A stretch of DNA of 64,000 bases, from the NCBI RefSeq assembly GCF_018977255.1, contig NW_024704771.1, positions 2,790,001-2,854,000 of the forward strand, given 5' to 3'. This DNA is from Callorhinchus milii. Taxonomy: Eukaryota. A program made the translations under genes and the position numbers. The notes beneath the pieces were generated by a model. It worked only from the letters and a program-made list of their open reading frames with translations. It was not told the DNA's origin and made no database searches. Of this stretch, positions 11,780-25,000 are shown in pieces; position 1 is the first letter of the stretch; each line of letters begins with the position of its first letter.

Positions 11780-12819
11780 GTAAGTCATTGCAAGTAACTC
11801 TCATTCGGTCAAAGCCAAGTCTCACAGCTGTGGCCGTGCACCTGACAGTGATATCTCTTTACTGGAGGAGAACAACCAGCCTGATCCCCAGTGTTAGAGG
11901 ATGCGCTATGGGAGAAAGTAGAGGGAATGAGTGGCAGTCTAACTCAGAAACCATCAGGTGCAAACATATAATAACGCATACTACATTATTGTATTCCCTT
12001 GGAAATAGTAAAAACATTCCAAAAAGCGAAAGGTTTAGCGAAGGCGAAATTAGATTGTTAGCTAGATATTGGGAACCCATATTGCGATGAGAGGCTACAA
12101 AAATTGAAAAAAAAATAGACTTGTTTAGTAACTCTTGAAGATAAAAAATATTCAAAAGTATTTGCAATGGCTAGGGATGGGATGGACCAATTTAGGGAAG
12201 GAAATTAAAAATAGCATGATCAACAGTTGCACAAAATACCAATAACTTTCATTTATACAGCACATCTCATGTTGGGTAGATCACTTAGCATTTGATGATG
12301 GCGAAGCATGATGCCGGTCCGTGGAGTAGGTTGGTGACAGTAAGAATAGTTAAAGAGAAAGATCTGCAGCTTTCATGATGTAGTGGTTGAAAGCACAACT
12401 ACAGAAGGTGGGACAAAGAGCATGATCTACAAGCAGGAGACCAGAGCCAGTCGAGCAGCGGCAATGGGTTTAGGGTTTGGGAGTAAGCAGGTCGGAAAGA
12501 TAGGGAAGTACCAGGACATGAAGGAATTTGTAGAACAGTGTGAGGATTTGAAATGATAGAAAGCCAGTGGAGCATGGCATCAACAGGTGTGGTGAGGTAA
12601 TGGAGATTAAGGTTGACGGTATTCTGGATAACTGGATTTTGTGTAGAGTAAAGCTTCGGAGACCAGTGAGCAGGGCATTTGCTTAATCAATGTATTAGTT
12701 GAAGAGGGCGAGGGTTTCGGATGCATTTCGCAGTCAGAGGAGGGCAATGTGGTAAAGATGGGGCAAAGAGGGTTTAGCCCCACTAAAATTCATGCAAGGG
12801 AAGAGGCAATGGAGGAGGA

Positions 12820-13192
12820 TAATAAATAATCCTTGCATTAGTTACAGTGCTTCATCACATCTTCGAGACATTTCAAACCACTTCACAGAATATACTTTGA
12901 AGTGAATTGAGTGTATATTTTATTGGGGGAACATGCCAGGCCATTGTGTACAGCAGTGTCCTACAATCAGACATGAATTGAGTGACAAAGTCATTTTATT
13001 TATTTATTGACAGGATTATTACACCCAGAAAATCCACCTGCCAATCGACAAACAACTGGGTTTGTTCTTATGGCTAGATAAACAGAGATGTGTGGAGTAA
13101 GTAAACTTCCCCAGTTTTTCACCCTACTTGGGAATCGAATCCACGTCCTCTCGCTTGCGAGGCGAGTTTTCTAATTACTCAGCTACAGGATG
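12820..13192 (-). mobile_element. tRNA-derived SINE in GPCR intron
   Basis: Reverse complement has cctgtagctgag head and tgcaaggattatt tail; orthologous copies at 23085-23425, 37140-37490 and 50545-50885. Confidence 0.65.
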
Positions 13193-16100
13193 GCATGATG
13201 ATCTGTGCCGATTAGGGACAAGAGAATGGGAATGCAGAGGGAGTGCTCATCACAGAGAGAGAGAACATTGTTTGTGTCTTTGAAAAGCGAAGTCTCTGTG
13301 CTACAGCAGGGCAGACAAATGACTGGTGGGGAGGAAGTGGAGGAAGCAGATTGAGAGGTGCGAGCAAAGCAACAATGCATTCCAGAGCTTTGCCAAGGAG
13401 GTCAGGTTAGAAATGGGATGGTAGATTGTGAGGTTAGAGGGTTGAGGTTGGGCTTTCAAATACAAGGTGGAATTTGAAAGCAGAGATGGAAGAGATCAGG
13501 CAAAAGGCTTTTGGAAGAGAATTCCAATGAGTAGGCAGAAAACGTGTCGAATGCTTGCAATCCAAAGATTGTTTGGAGCAAGTGGGGGACTGATTGATCG
13601 GCTGAAGGAAAGGCAGCCAGTAAGTTTGAATGCGGATGGAATGATGGATTTGTGCAGCCCGATGTGATGGATGATAATATCTGGCAATGTTCACGCGCGA
13701 CTTCCTCTTAGAATATCTTATTCATTTATTTATAATGCTGAAGGCAAGAGATAGACTGAAACTTAGCACCTTGGTTCCAAACACCACAAACTTTGCAACA
13801 CTTATGTGGCTCATAAATATGAAATCACCGTCCACATTGAATGAATTTTCAAACAATATGTTTGGAAGGGGCAATGAGGGAGGAGGCGATAGAGGCAGAC
13901 TGTGTCGGCACATTTAAGAGGAAATTAGTGAATGAGTTAATTAACAAATATTTTTATTTGCGATATGAACATGTTATTTTCCATATATACATCTAACTAA
14001 ACTGTATATTTTTATATCTTGAATGTGGAATATGTTCATATAAAATGTTGCATTGAGTTGAAGATGGTGTGAATGTGGCTGCCACCAGGTGCTTGTTCAA
14101 ATTAGTGAAGATGACTTGCTGTTTATGCAATCTCACTTTCTCATCTCTGATGGGATGTGAGGTGTTTGTCAGCCTAGAGCAGCAAGAGGGGCCCAGTCAT
14201 TGGGGAGAATTGTGTTTGCAGAGATGAGGTGCACTACCCACTGGGCCACTGCATTTATGCAAGTGAGTGTGGCTGACAGTCTTACTGGGACAGCATCAGT
14301 CAAATTAATACTCCAATAATAAACTTCACAATTAATGACCCTTGTTACAGGAAAGCTATCTCTATAAAGCGCAATTAGGTTGTTCACTGGGGAACGTGAG
14401 TTCTAACGAGAAGCTTCAAATCTTGCAATAACAATTTAGACTTGTTCAGCACTTGCCATAGCACATCCCATAGGCTGACAGCAGGAGCTTCAGCTCTGGG
14501 AGTCAGCTGGTGGCAGATTAGGAGGAAGGTTGTCTCCTGTGATGATCACCGGCTTTCCTGGAGGGTCACTGCACCAGTTTCACACATGTTGCAATGAACG
14601 AATGAGTCTGCCTCCACAGCTCCTGACATGTGTCAGGTAATCTTGTCCCAGAATATTTGGAGCATGAACCCCGATTAGTTGAACGATCAAGAGAAAATTA
14701 ATTAGTTCATTTGTAAAGACTTCAATTTAGGATCTGGAAGAGAAGCGGAGGATGATTTATTTTATAAATATATTGTATAAATAAATAATAATTTGGATTG
14801 GCCAGAGGATCATGGTGGTCTTTTGGTCTTGCACTCATTCAGTCACATACCCACAAAAATCACAGTTATTCCTCTTTACAGTATATAATAAAATAAAAAT
14901 AATAATCCTTGCATTTCATAAAGCGCTTCTCGCGCAGAGTGAGTTGACTATATTTGTGGGCAAAATGCACCAATAGAACACAGCAGTGTCCCCCAAACAG
15001 TCATGGATTGAAGTGACCAATTTTATTCCTTTTTTTCTTGAGAGATTATTATCAGGCATGTGGAATAAAGAAACCAAGACCCACCTGTGAGACGAGTGCA
15101 ATAACAACTGAGCTACAACAACAGCAACAACTTGGATTTATATAGTGCCCTCCACGCCGGATGGCGTCTCAGAGCAACATGTTTTCAAGCTCTTTGATAT
15201 GTCTCGATGATGCGACAAGATGCTGTGTGAAAAACAAGGATTATTATTATTGAACAGCTGATGATCTGAGAGTAGATCATTAGGATGTGTATTTCATTGG
15301 TAGCAGCGTTTTCAGATCAATGAGTCTGTTTGGCTCAAAATCAGTGTAGCCTCTAAATCAGACGAGTGTGGGTCAACCCAAATTGTCTTTTCAGATGCTG
15401 GAAGATGATGCAGATATGGTGAATGGGTTGTTGATCCTTTAGTAAAACTATTTAACTGAAGTCCGTTGGTGGGCTCAGCTGCACGTTAATAATACTAAAC
15501 CACCCCTGAAAAAATGCAGGGAGCTTGCTAATAAGGATATTATTGGTAATGAATTAGGTGCAGTGTAGAGGAGAACAAGGTTACACAATGAGCTGCCAGG
15601 AAGTACTGGATGAGTTTCAACTCTTTACTTTATAAAGTTTTAGAGAGGATCTGATATAAAAAAAATTCTTCCGCATAAAATATGCTGAATAAGCTATCTG
15701 TGATTAAGAATGTGCATGAAGAACAACATTTTCATGGTATGCCGAGGTATGGTAATTTCAAAGCTATCATGGGTAAATTGGTGTTGCAATTGTTACTGAG
15801 AGGATGTGATATATATTAAGTCATTAAAATATGCTATTATATCGTATCAAATATGCAATTTGGTTTGAGAATGTAACTAACAATGTTTATCAACCTGCTG
15901 CAGTGGAAACATTCCCGGTGTGAGTCAGAATTATGGGTTTATGGGTTCCAGCACATGTCAGGACTTGGAATGATGTAGTCTGAGATGACACTCCAATGCA
16001 TGCAGTGCTGGGGGATTGCTGAAGATTCTGTCCTTCAGATGAGGGAATAAACCGATGTCCCATGTGTATGTTCAAGTGTTCTGGCCAACAAATCACCCAA

Positions 16101-16888
16101 ATAAAATTGGTCACTCAATCTATGGTTGTTTGTGACACATTTATGTACACCACTGGCCGCAACATTTCAACTCACAAAATACGAAGTCAAATCACGTTGC
16201 CAGTATATCATATCAAGCACTTTGAGAAATATCAATGACGTGATCAAATAGAATTTCAAATGTAATCATCACTATTATTACTATTTTCAAATTACGCAAC
16301 GATGTAGGTTCATAGTTAGGTTGCAACCTGTAGCTCAGTGGTTAGAGCACTTGCATCGCAACCGAGAGACCTGGGTTTGATTCCCACAAGGACGAAATGT
16401 TGGGCAAGTCTGTTTACTTCATGAGCCTCTGTTTACATAACAGTAAGTAGGAATCCGGTTTTCAGTTGATCAGTGGATCGTTACCAATTTCTGTGTAGAG
16501 TATGAGGCACATTTCGTCATCAGTCAATGTTTTTAGATCCAAGACATTGCATTGGGTTGAGGTCGGGTGGAGAGTAGTAATTGTTCGAGTATAACCAGTT
16601 CCATTGAAATCTTTCTTTGTCACACTTCCCACCCCAATAGTTTGGGCTTCATTAACAGGAATGCATGAGTTAGAATCCCTGCTCAAAATGACTAGTCTGT
16701 CTTTCCAAGTCCTGTCTACGAGATATACTGGTTGGTCTGTTATCAGCATTGCCCTGACAAACCAGATCTCCACAAAGGATGGAGTAACTTCCACTAGCCC
16801 GCAATCAGGCATGATCAAGCATGAGCTAATGCTGCTCATAGTCCAGGAGACACTGAAATGTATAATTGTGTTTGTAACTTTTATGCAG

Positions 16889-17778
16889 CGATCGCTGTGA
16901 CCATTGTGGTCCTCACCCAGGAAATGTGTGGACTTTCCAAATGTGTCACTCGTTACCTGGTGGCAATGGCTGTTGCTGATCTGCTGGTCATGGTTTTTGA
17001 CGTGATCTTTTATGAGACATTTCATATCTACCTTCCGCACTCACCCACACACCGAACACCTGTGTGCCGTCTACACCTGGCACTTTGCTTCGTTATCATC
17101 GAATCCTCTGTCTGGCTGACCGTGGCCTTCACCTTCGACCGTTTCACAGCCATCTGCTGCCCAAAGCTCAAAACCAAGTACTGCACAGAGAAGACAGCGG
17201 GTTTGGTGATCTGGACAATCTGTGCAGTTTTATGTGTGCAAAACATTCCCACGTGTTTCATCTACCAACCACGGTTAGTAATCAATGGGCAGCCCTGGTA
17301 CTGCTCCGTCAAGCCCATTGTTTACACCTCTCCAGCCTGGACTGTCTTTGCCTGGTTGGATGTTATTGCAAACCCAATTCTTCCCTTCATCCTTATCCTC
17401 CTCTTCAATACCCTGACCATCAGATATGTGCTGGTTGCCAGCAGGGTGCGTCAGGGTCTGCGACGGGCTGTGAAGGGGAGAGATGAGGAGATGGAGAGCC
17501 GGCGGAAATCCATCATCCTGCTCTTTACCATCTCGGGCAGCTTCGTGTTGCTGGGGCTCACGTACATGGTCACCTTCATGTATACGATGGTAACAGAGGC
17601 CGAGCACCTGCAGTCTGACTACAGCAGCCCTTTCACCATCGCTGAGCATGTGGGTTACATGCTGCAGCGTCTAAGCTCCTGCTCCAACACCTTCATCTAT
17701 GGTGTGACCCAGAACCAATTCAGGCAACGGCTCAAATCCATCGTCACTTACCCCATCACTCGCTTACTGGGCCACTGA
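16889..17778 (+). CDS. GPR139/GPR142-like GPCR gene 1, exon 2 (spliced protein 317 aa)
   Basis: Acceptor ttatgcag|CG; 7TM motifs CGLSKCVTRYLVAMAVADLL, PVC, AFTFDRFTAICC, WYC, RRKSIILLFTISG, NTFIY; TGA at 17776-17778. Confidence 0.92.
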
Positions 17779-19369
17779 TAATATCCCGCTTAACTGTGCT
17801 GCCCTGTTCTGTCTTAAGCATCATAGACACACATAGACACACACATAAATACACACATATGTGTGTTGTGAAATGGATGTAATGTCTTCAAGAATTCTCT
17901 TGTATCCGCATTTGGAATTTCAATTGTGAAGTTCATCTCTGAGCCTCCTATACTATGGTTTGTAATATTTGTATTTGTGTGTTCATGACCTCTGTCTTTA
18001 TTGAATTCTTCTAACCTGTAACTAAATAGTTTGTATTTCATCTAGAAGAAACTGTGAATGAAGTCAGAGACTCCACAAAATCAATTATATACACAGAGTG
18101 TGAGCAAATTTGGACTCCATATAGTCAAATATATACACATTGGGATCAAATTGAGAGACTCCTCAAAACCATCTTTACAATTAATATAGTAATCCTTGCA
18201 GTTGGCATAGAGCCTTATCACGGCAGAAGGACAACTTACATTGATAGAGCGCTAATGTCCGCACTAGATTCTTGGAACCATTAACAGTGGTGGTCAAAGA
18301 GATAGGTCTTCATCCATGATCTGTAAAAGGGAAAGGAGAGCGTAAGGTGGACGGATTAAGTGAGATAGTTCCAAAGTTTGGAAGTGACATGGCTGAAACC
18401 TTGGCTGCCAATGGTTGAGTGGATGGAACGTGGGAGACTCAGGAGCCTGGCAATGGGTGATGTTGGGGTAATAAACAGGTCAGAAATGTACAGAGTTGCC
18501 AGGGCTTGTAAGGGTTATGTGCAGGTTATGTGTAGATTTGAAACAGAAACAATATAGGTTTTGGGGATCCTGTGCGGATAATATAAATGGAACACTATCC
18601 ATGTCCTATCAAAACCCTGTAATACTCTTCAATAGGACTGAACCAAGTGAGGTTCACAGTTCTAAAAGGCAATACAGGTGATAGAACATTCCGCATGCCC
18701 ATTTCCATGCGATGGTCATTCTCAATAGGAATTTTTCCCAATTTGCTTTGCAATCCAAAGCCTTATCAGGTAGGTTAGTCCCAGCTGGACCAACAGATGA
18801 AAGATTGCCGGACAATCCTCTCAATGACAAGCAATGCACTATGAGCTGGGTAACCTGCTGCAGGCTCCCAACAAGCACTATCGGTTTCCCAATCATTGTC
18901 TCCCAACAATGTGTGCCAGACATTGCCCTGAATTAGTTATTGGATGCTTTTCTCCAGATCTGGTGGTAGAGTTCGGGGTAAGCAAAGCCTCGGGTCACAC
19001 CATAAGTGTACAGGCGGGGGTGCTAGGAAAAAAAAATTGCCAAAATGTTTTATTGGTGTTTGTTAAGTAAGACTGGAACCAAAAAATGTCTAATAAATGG
19101 TCTAGGATACATGTGCAGTTTTTTGGTGAAACAACAGAATATTGTTTAGAATTTGATATTCCATTGTCAAGCATATCATGTCAGATGTAGTTCAAATTCA
19201 ACGAGAGCACACTTATGTTACACCTCATACCCAAATTAAATGTTTGCCAATTCAATAACTAATTCCGTCGTGCTTTGCCAACAGAAACTATCTCTTTGTT
19301 CTTCCACACACTCACTGCCCTGGAGGGTCATTTCCTGGTTCTTCTCAGCACTATTCTTCATTCGCTGAT

Positions 19370-19600
19370 ATACAGTTTGATATACAGTTTGTGACAACAC
19401 CTTACTATGAAAAGAGGACCAGTCTTGAAGGAGATGGGATAGCTTTTCGGCTTCAGCAACAGTCATTTGTACAGTAATAACGTGGGATTGTTTGCAAAGA
19501 TCTCTCACTCCTTCAAAGCCGATTCTCACTGATCGACATCTCTGGCAGTGCAGCTGGTGCTGTGTTCAAGGAGAGCAACCAGCGTGATCATGAGAATAAT
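19370..19600 (+). promoter_or_regulatory. Shadow promoter module upstream of GPCR gene 2
   Basis: Paralog of 9440-9690 (TATGAAAA at ~19407). Confidence 0.5.
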
Positions 19601-19609
19601 CTTTTATTA

Positions 19610-20045
19610 CATTTGTTGAGTAGACTAGGCCTATGTTCTTCAGAATACAGAAGAATTAGAGGTGATCTTCTAGAAACCTATAAGATTCTGAAGGATCTTG
19701 AGAAGTTAGATGCGTGAGAGTGTTTCCTCTGGTTGGAGAACTTAAAACTAAAGTCTCAAGTTTAAGGTTAAGCCTTTTTGAACTGAGTTGAGGAAATATT
19801 TCTTCACTCAGAGAGGAGAGGAGTGAATTTGTGGAATTCTCTACCCCAGAAGGTTGAGGATGCCCAGTCCTTGAACATATTCGAGACTGAGGTTGACAGA
19901 TGTCTAAAGGATAGAGGGATTAAGGGTTATGGGGATAGGGTGGGTAAATGAAATTAGGTTAGAAGATCAGCCTTGATCTTACTAAATGGTGAAGCAGGCT
20001 CGAGCGGCCGAATGGCCTACTCCTGCTCCTATGTCTTATGGTCTT
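19610..20045 (+). mobile_element. CR1 LINE 3' end with 3'UTR
   Basis: RLGLCSSEYRRIRGDLLETYKILK...FFTQR...LWNSLPQKV...IKGYG, then UTR ggccgaatggcctactcctgctcctatgtcttatg. Confidence 0.85.
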
Positions 20046-20279
20046 ATAATTAGGGATGTCAGACAACATGGGCAACAGTCTTATCGGACTGGCAACAGAT
20101 ACAATCATACCTTTAAAAGACACTATAAACTATGGTTTCCTTGCTGCAGTAATGCTTCTCTATATTGGGAAAGGAATAGATAAAGACATTAAACTGATAG
20201 CCAGTTTGGGGCACCTGAGTTCCAAGGGGAGGCTACAAAAACAGTTTAGACTTATTTGGTACTTTCATAGAATCCTTCA

Positions 20280-21200
20280 GTACCGAAGAAAGTCATTCGC
20301 CATATCATGCATATGCATTCTCTTTGAAAGAGTGAATCAACGTGTCCCAATGCCACTCTCTCATCCCATTGCCCTGCAATTAACCTTTTCAAGTCATTAT
20401 GCAATTCCATTTTGATAGCTATTATCTAATCTGACACCACTACACTTTCAACCTGTACATTCCACATCATAACAACTCTCTGGGTAAAAAATATTCTCCT
20501 CATCTCCCTTCTTATTATTCCAATTTACGAATGATACCAGTGCCTTCGATATTATACAAAAGAGATATACAAGAATGATAGAGCTGACGAACTTCAATTG
20601 TATAAAGAAACTAGAGAAATTGGGATAGTTCTACTCAGAGCAGAGAAAGTTAAGGGAGTATTCAATAGAGGTGTTCAAAGTTAGGAATTGTTTTGATAGA
20701 TTAAACAGGGAGAAATTATGACCTCTGGTTACCGACCCACCCGCCAGCGGAAACAGCGTCTCAAAGTTTGTGAAATTCTTCCTAAAGTGTGGTGCCCAGA
20801 ATAGGACACAATACTCCAGCTAAGGCCGAAACAGCAATAATGTAAAGTGTCCACATAACTTCCTTATTGTTCTACACTGTGCCTCTATTTCTATAGCCAA
20901 GGGTTTCAAATGCTACTATAACAGCTTTGTCAACTTATCCAATGACCTCCAAAGATTTGATTATGTGAACACCCAGGTCTCTCTGTACCCACAGAGACAG
21001 GATCCAAAGACTATGGCTTATGTCGAGCCGACATTTAGCTGCACTCATCCAGGCCTTGATATCCGTCAAACGGTCTGACAGAACATCAGTTGACTGGGAG
21101 CTCCAGATGGAGGCGGAGAAGTAGATGTGGGTGTCATGCACATACATGTTGAAGTTGACCTCATGTCTTTGGATCACATCACTGAGACAGAGCATGTAGA
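20280..21200 (-). mobile_element. CR1 (internal inversion) plus L2 composite
   Basis: Paralog of 10040-11010; ORF 20935-21492 contains DVIQRHEVNFNMYVHDTHIYFS and QRDLGVHI. Confidence 0.7.
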
Positions 21201-21957
21201 TGAGGAAAAGAAGTGAGCGCGGGGGGGGGGGGGGGGGGGGGGTGGGGGGTGCGGGCGGGAGTAAAAACGGAGCATTGGGGTACCACACAAGTGACCGGGT
21301 GGGGAAGGGAGGAAAAAACATTTGCTGAGATGCATTGTTTCTCCACATTTGTCTGGTCAACATACTGTGGTGTGGGCCCACCCAACTAATAATGGGGTCT
21401 GCTTTCCCACCAGTGCAGAACTGTACTTGACATCTCCTCATGATACACAAACACGCACACAAATACACATACAAACGCACACAAAAATACACTCACAAAC
21501 AAATGCACACACAAACACATCCACACACATCTGCACACGAGAACCTTGAGTAGAAGGAAGACTTTCCTGTTTTTATTGAACACTTTTTACACTGATTTCC
21601 AACTCCATAATCTGGTACCTCAGTAGATCACTTTGAAGTACTACAAGGAAATAACCAGGGACCTTTTGACAAAATGCTGTGTACCTGAACTCAACAGAAC
21701 TTGGGATTCAGCCGAGCTCTTTAATTGCTATCTTTATTGATCTGTTCTTATTTTTAAAAATGCATTAGGTGGGGAACGGCATGAACGTAGCTGCTTCTAG
21801 ATGTTTGTTCAAATAAAGAGGTGACTTCCTGCTTCTTCAAGCAGTGTCCCTGTGGACCTCATATGCAGCTACAAAAGAGGGGAAGAAGCTCTGAAGGGAT
21901 GAGAAGTCATTTTCAACCTTCAGCATTAGGGAGGTTGCCAGCCAGCACTGCTTGAGA

Positions 21958-22021
21958 ATGGTGGGAGTGATAGAAATGACAAAGGTGTTTTATCCTCTGT
22001 TGGGAATCATTGGTTTTCCTG
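21958..22021 (+). CDS. GPR139/GPR142-like GPCR gene 2, exon 1 (MVGVIEMTKVFYPLLGIIGFP)
   Basis: ATG at 21958, 64 nt, donor CTG|GTAAGT; in frame with 26511. Confidence 0.85.
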
Positions 22022-25000
22022 GTAAGTCATTGCAAGTAACTCTCACTCGGGCAAAGCCAAGTCTCACAGCTGTGTCTGTGCACCAGACAGTGATATCTCT
22101 TTACTGGAGGAGAGCAACCAGCCTACTCCCCAGTGTTAGTGGATGCGCTATGAGGGACCTCACAGAGAATTGGAGACAGTCTAACCCGAACAGCTCCAGG
22201 TACAATCATGCAATAAATCAAACTACATAATTCTGTTCTCTTGGAAACAGGAAGAACATCTCAAATAAGGAAGGGTATCGGAAATTCAAAGTTAAATTTA
22301 TAGCTAGATATTGGGAACCCATATTGCAAGGAGAGGCTACAAAAAATTGAAATAATTTCGACTTGTTCAGTACCGTTAAAGTTAGAAAATATCTTTAGAT
22401 TGGCTGGAGATATGATGGAACCAATTTAGAGAAGGGAGGCAAAAAAAGCATAATCAAACAGTTGACAAAAACAAAAGCTTTCAATTATATAGCATAGCTC
22501 ATGGAGGGTAGGTTTCCATAGCACTTGACTGTGCTGGTGCATTCTGCCGGTGTCTTTCGGGGATGTTTTCCGGGGAGGCACGAGGTGACCGTCAGAATAG
22601 TCGAAGAGAAAGGCCTGTGTGTTTTTGGGTTGAAAGGATAACCATGGATGGTGGAACGTAGGGCCTGAGCTACAAGAAGGAGAAGTGGAAGTGGAAATGG
22701 GTGGTGGTTTGGGGAGTAAGCAACTCAGAAGTGTGAGGAAGTGCTGGACATGAAGCAATTAATAGAAGATTGTGAGGATTTTGAAAGTGATAGGGAGACA
22801 TTGGAGCCTGGCATTAACTGTTGTGCATGGGAAACAGAGATTAGTGTAGCACAACAGTGTACTTTGTTGTACTCTGGATTAATTTGAATTTGTGGATAGC
22901 AAAGCTGCGGAGCCCGATGCACAGAGCATTTGTTTAATCGATATATAATTTAATGAACATGTGAAAGAGGGTTTCGGCTGCATTACAGTTAAGGTTCAGT
23001 CAGAGGAGGGCAATGTGGCGGAGGTGGAGGAACGAGGTCCTGGTCCCACTGAAGTTAGTAAGGGTGCAGAAGCGGGAGGAGGTTAATAAATAATCCTTGC
23101 ATTGATTACAACGCCTTATCATTTCTTTGCGACGTCTCAAAGTGCTTCACATGCTATACTGTGAAGTGAAATGAGTGTATATTTTGTGAGGAAACATGCA
23201 CAGCAGAGTCCCATAACCAGTCATGGTTTGAGTAAGCAAGTAATTTTATTTATTTATTGACAGGATTATTAACCCCAGAAAAGCAGTCTGCCAATCGATG
23301 AACAATTTATAGCTAGATAAACAGAGATGTGTGGAGTAAGGAAACTTGCCAATGTTTCACCCAACTCGGGAATCGAACATGCATCCTCTCACTTGCAAGG
23401 CGAGTTCTCTAAGCTAAGCTAAAGGATGGAATCATGAGCTATGTCGATCGGGTCAGAGAGGTCCAAGAGGACGAGGAGACACACAGAATGCTGCTCACTG
23501 AAAGAGAAGGTTTCTGCTTTGAAAAGCACAGTCTCTGTGCCAGAGTGGACAGAGTGGATGACTGGTGGGGTTGAAGTGGTGGGAGAGGTGTGAGCAAAGC
23601 TGGCCAGCAATACGTTCCAGAGCTTTGTCAACGGGGGGCAGATTAGAAATGGAACCATAGTTTGTGAGGTTGGAGGGTTCGAGGTTAGATTTTGAAGTAC
23701 AAGGTGGAATTTGAAAGCAAATAGGGAAGAGATAAGACAAATGTTTGTGGAAGAGAGTTCCAGTGAGTAGGCACAAAATATGTTGGAATGCTTGCACTCA
23801 AACTATCGTTCGAAGCAATTGGGCACCTGATCAGCTAAAGGAAAGAAAGTAAGTAACTTTGGAAGTGAACAGAGTGATGGGGCTGTGCAGCCCGATGCAA
23901 TAGATGCCACCATCTGGAAATCTTCAGTCGTGATGATAGATACCTCTTAGAATATTGTATTTGTTTATTTATGATGCTGAAGGCAACAGATAAATTGAAA
24001 CCTTAATACCCTGGTTCACAACACAATAGATTTTGCGACATTTCTGGAGGCTCATGAAAAAAGAAGTGATTTGACAACCACATTGAATGAATGTTGAAGG
24101 GACATTGAGTTTATAAGCGATAGAGGCAGAGTGTGTTAGCAAATTTAAGAGGAAATTAGTGTGTGAGTTAAATAGCAAATATTTATATTTGGGTCATGAA
24201 CAAGTTATTTTCCAAATAATTATTTTCTAAATAAGATGAATTGATGTTCATGCAATCTCACTCTCTCATCTCTGATGGGCTGTGAGGTGTCTGTCAGCCT
24301 AGAGCAGCAGGACGGGCCCAGACATTGCTGTCTGAGAATATGGAGAAGTGTTTTTGTACAGAGATTCGAGGTGCACTGCGCTTCACTGGGCCAATGCAAG
24401 TATGCACGAGATTGTGGCTGAGAGTCTAACCAGAAGAGAAGCAGTCAATTAATACACATGTAAAATATATTAACATTCATGTCCCTTGTTAGAGAAAAAC
24501 ATCTCTAGTAAGAGTCATAAGGATGTTCGCTGGGGAAACTGAGTTTTATTGAGAGAATTCGAAATCCACAATAACAATTTAGAATTGTTCCACATTTGTC
24601 ATTAGCACATCCCAAAGGAGGAGGAGGAAGGTGGTCTCTTGTGATGGCACTTACCGGCTTTCATGGAGGATCACTCCACAGGCTGCAATGGAGAACTTAG
24701 CCTGACTGCTCCACAGCTCCTACCATATGTCTGGTAATCTTGGTCCCCAAATGTTTGGAGCATGAACCCTGATTAGTTGAGCGATCAAAAAGAAATTAAC
24801 TAGTTTACCCAGCTGTTTAACTGAATTATCCATTGGGATGATCAGGTGCACGTTAATAATGTCAAGGCTCCCTCGATGCTTTCTAATAAGGATATTTTTA
24901 GAAATTAATTCAGTGCAGTGTGGAGGGGAACACGTTTGTAGGCTCAGCTGCCAAGATCTATTGGATGAGTTGGAGCTCTTTCATTTGATAATGCAAATTT

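Noticed and set aside
11710-12090. 126-aa ORF (and 21952, 38436, 51685) as standalone genes
   Set aside because: Read-through of exon 1 into the intron; lengths vary between copies and a strong GTAAGT donor follows codon 21.
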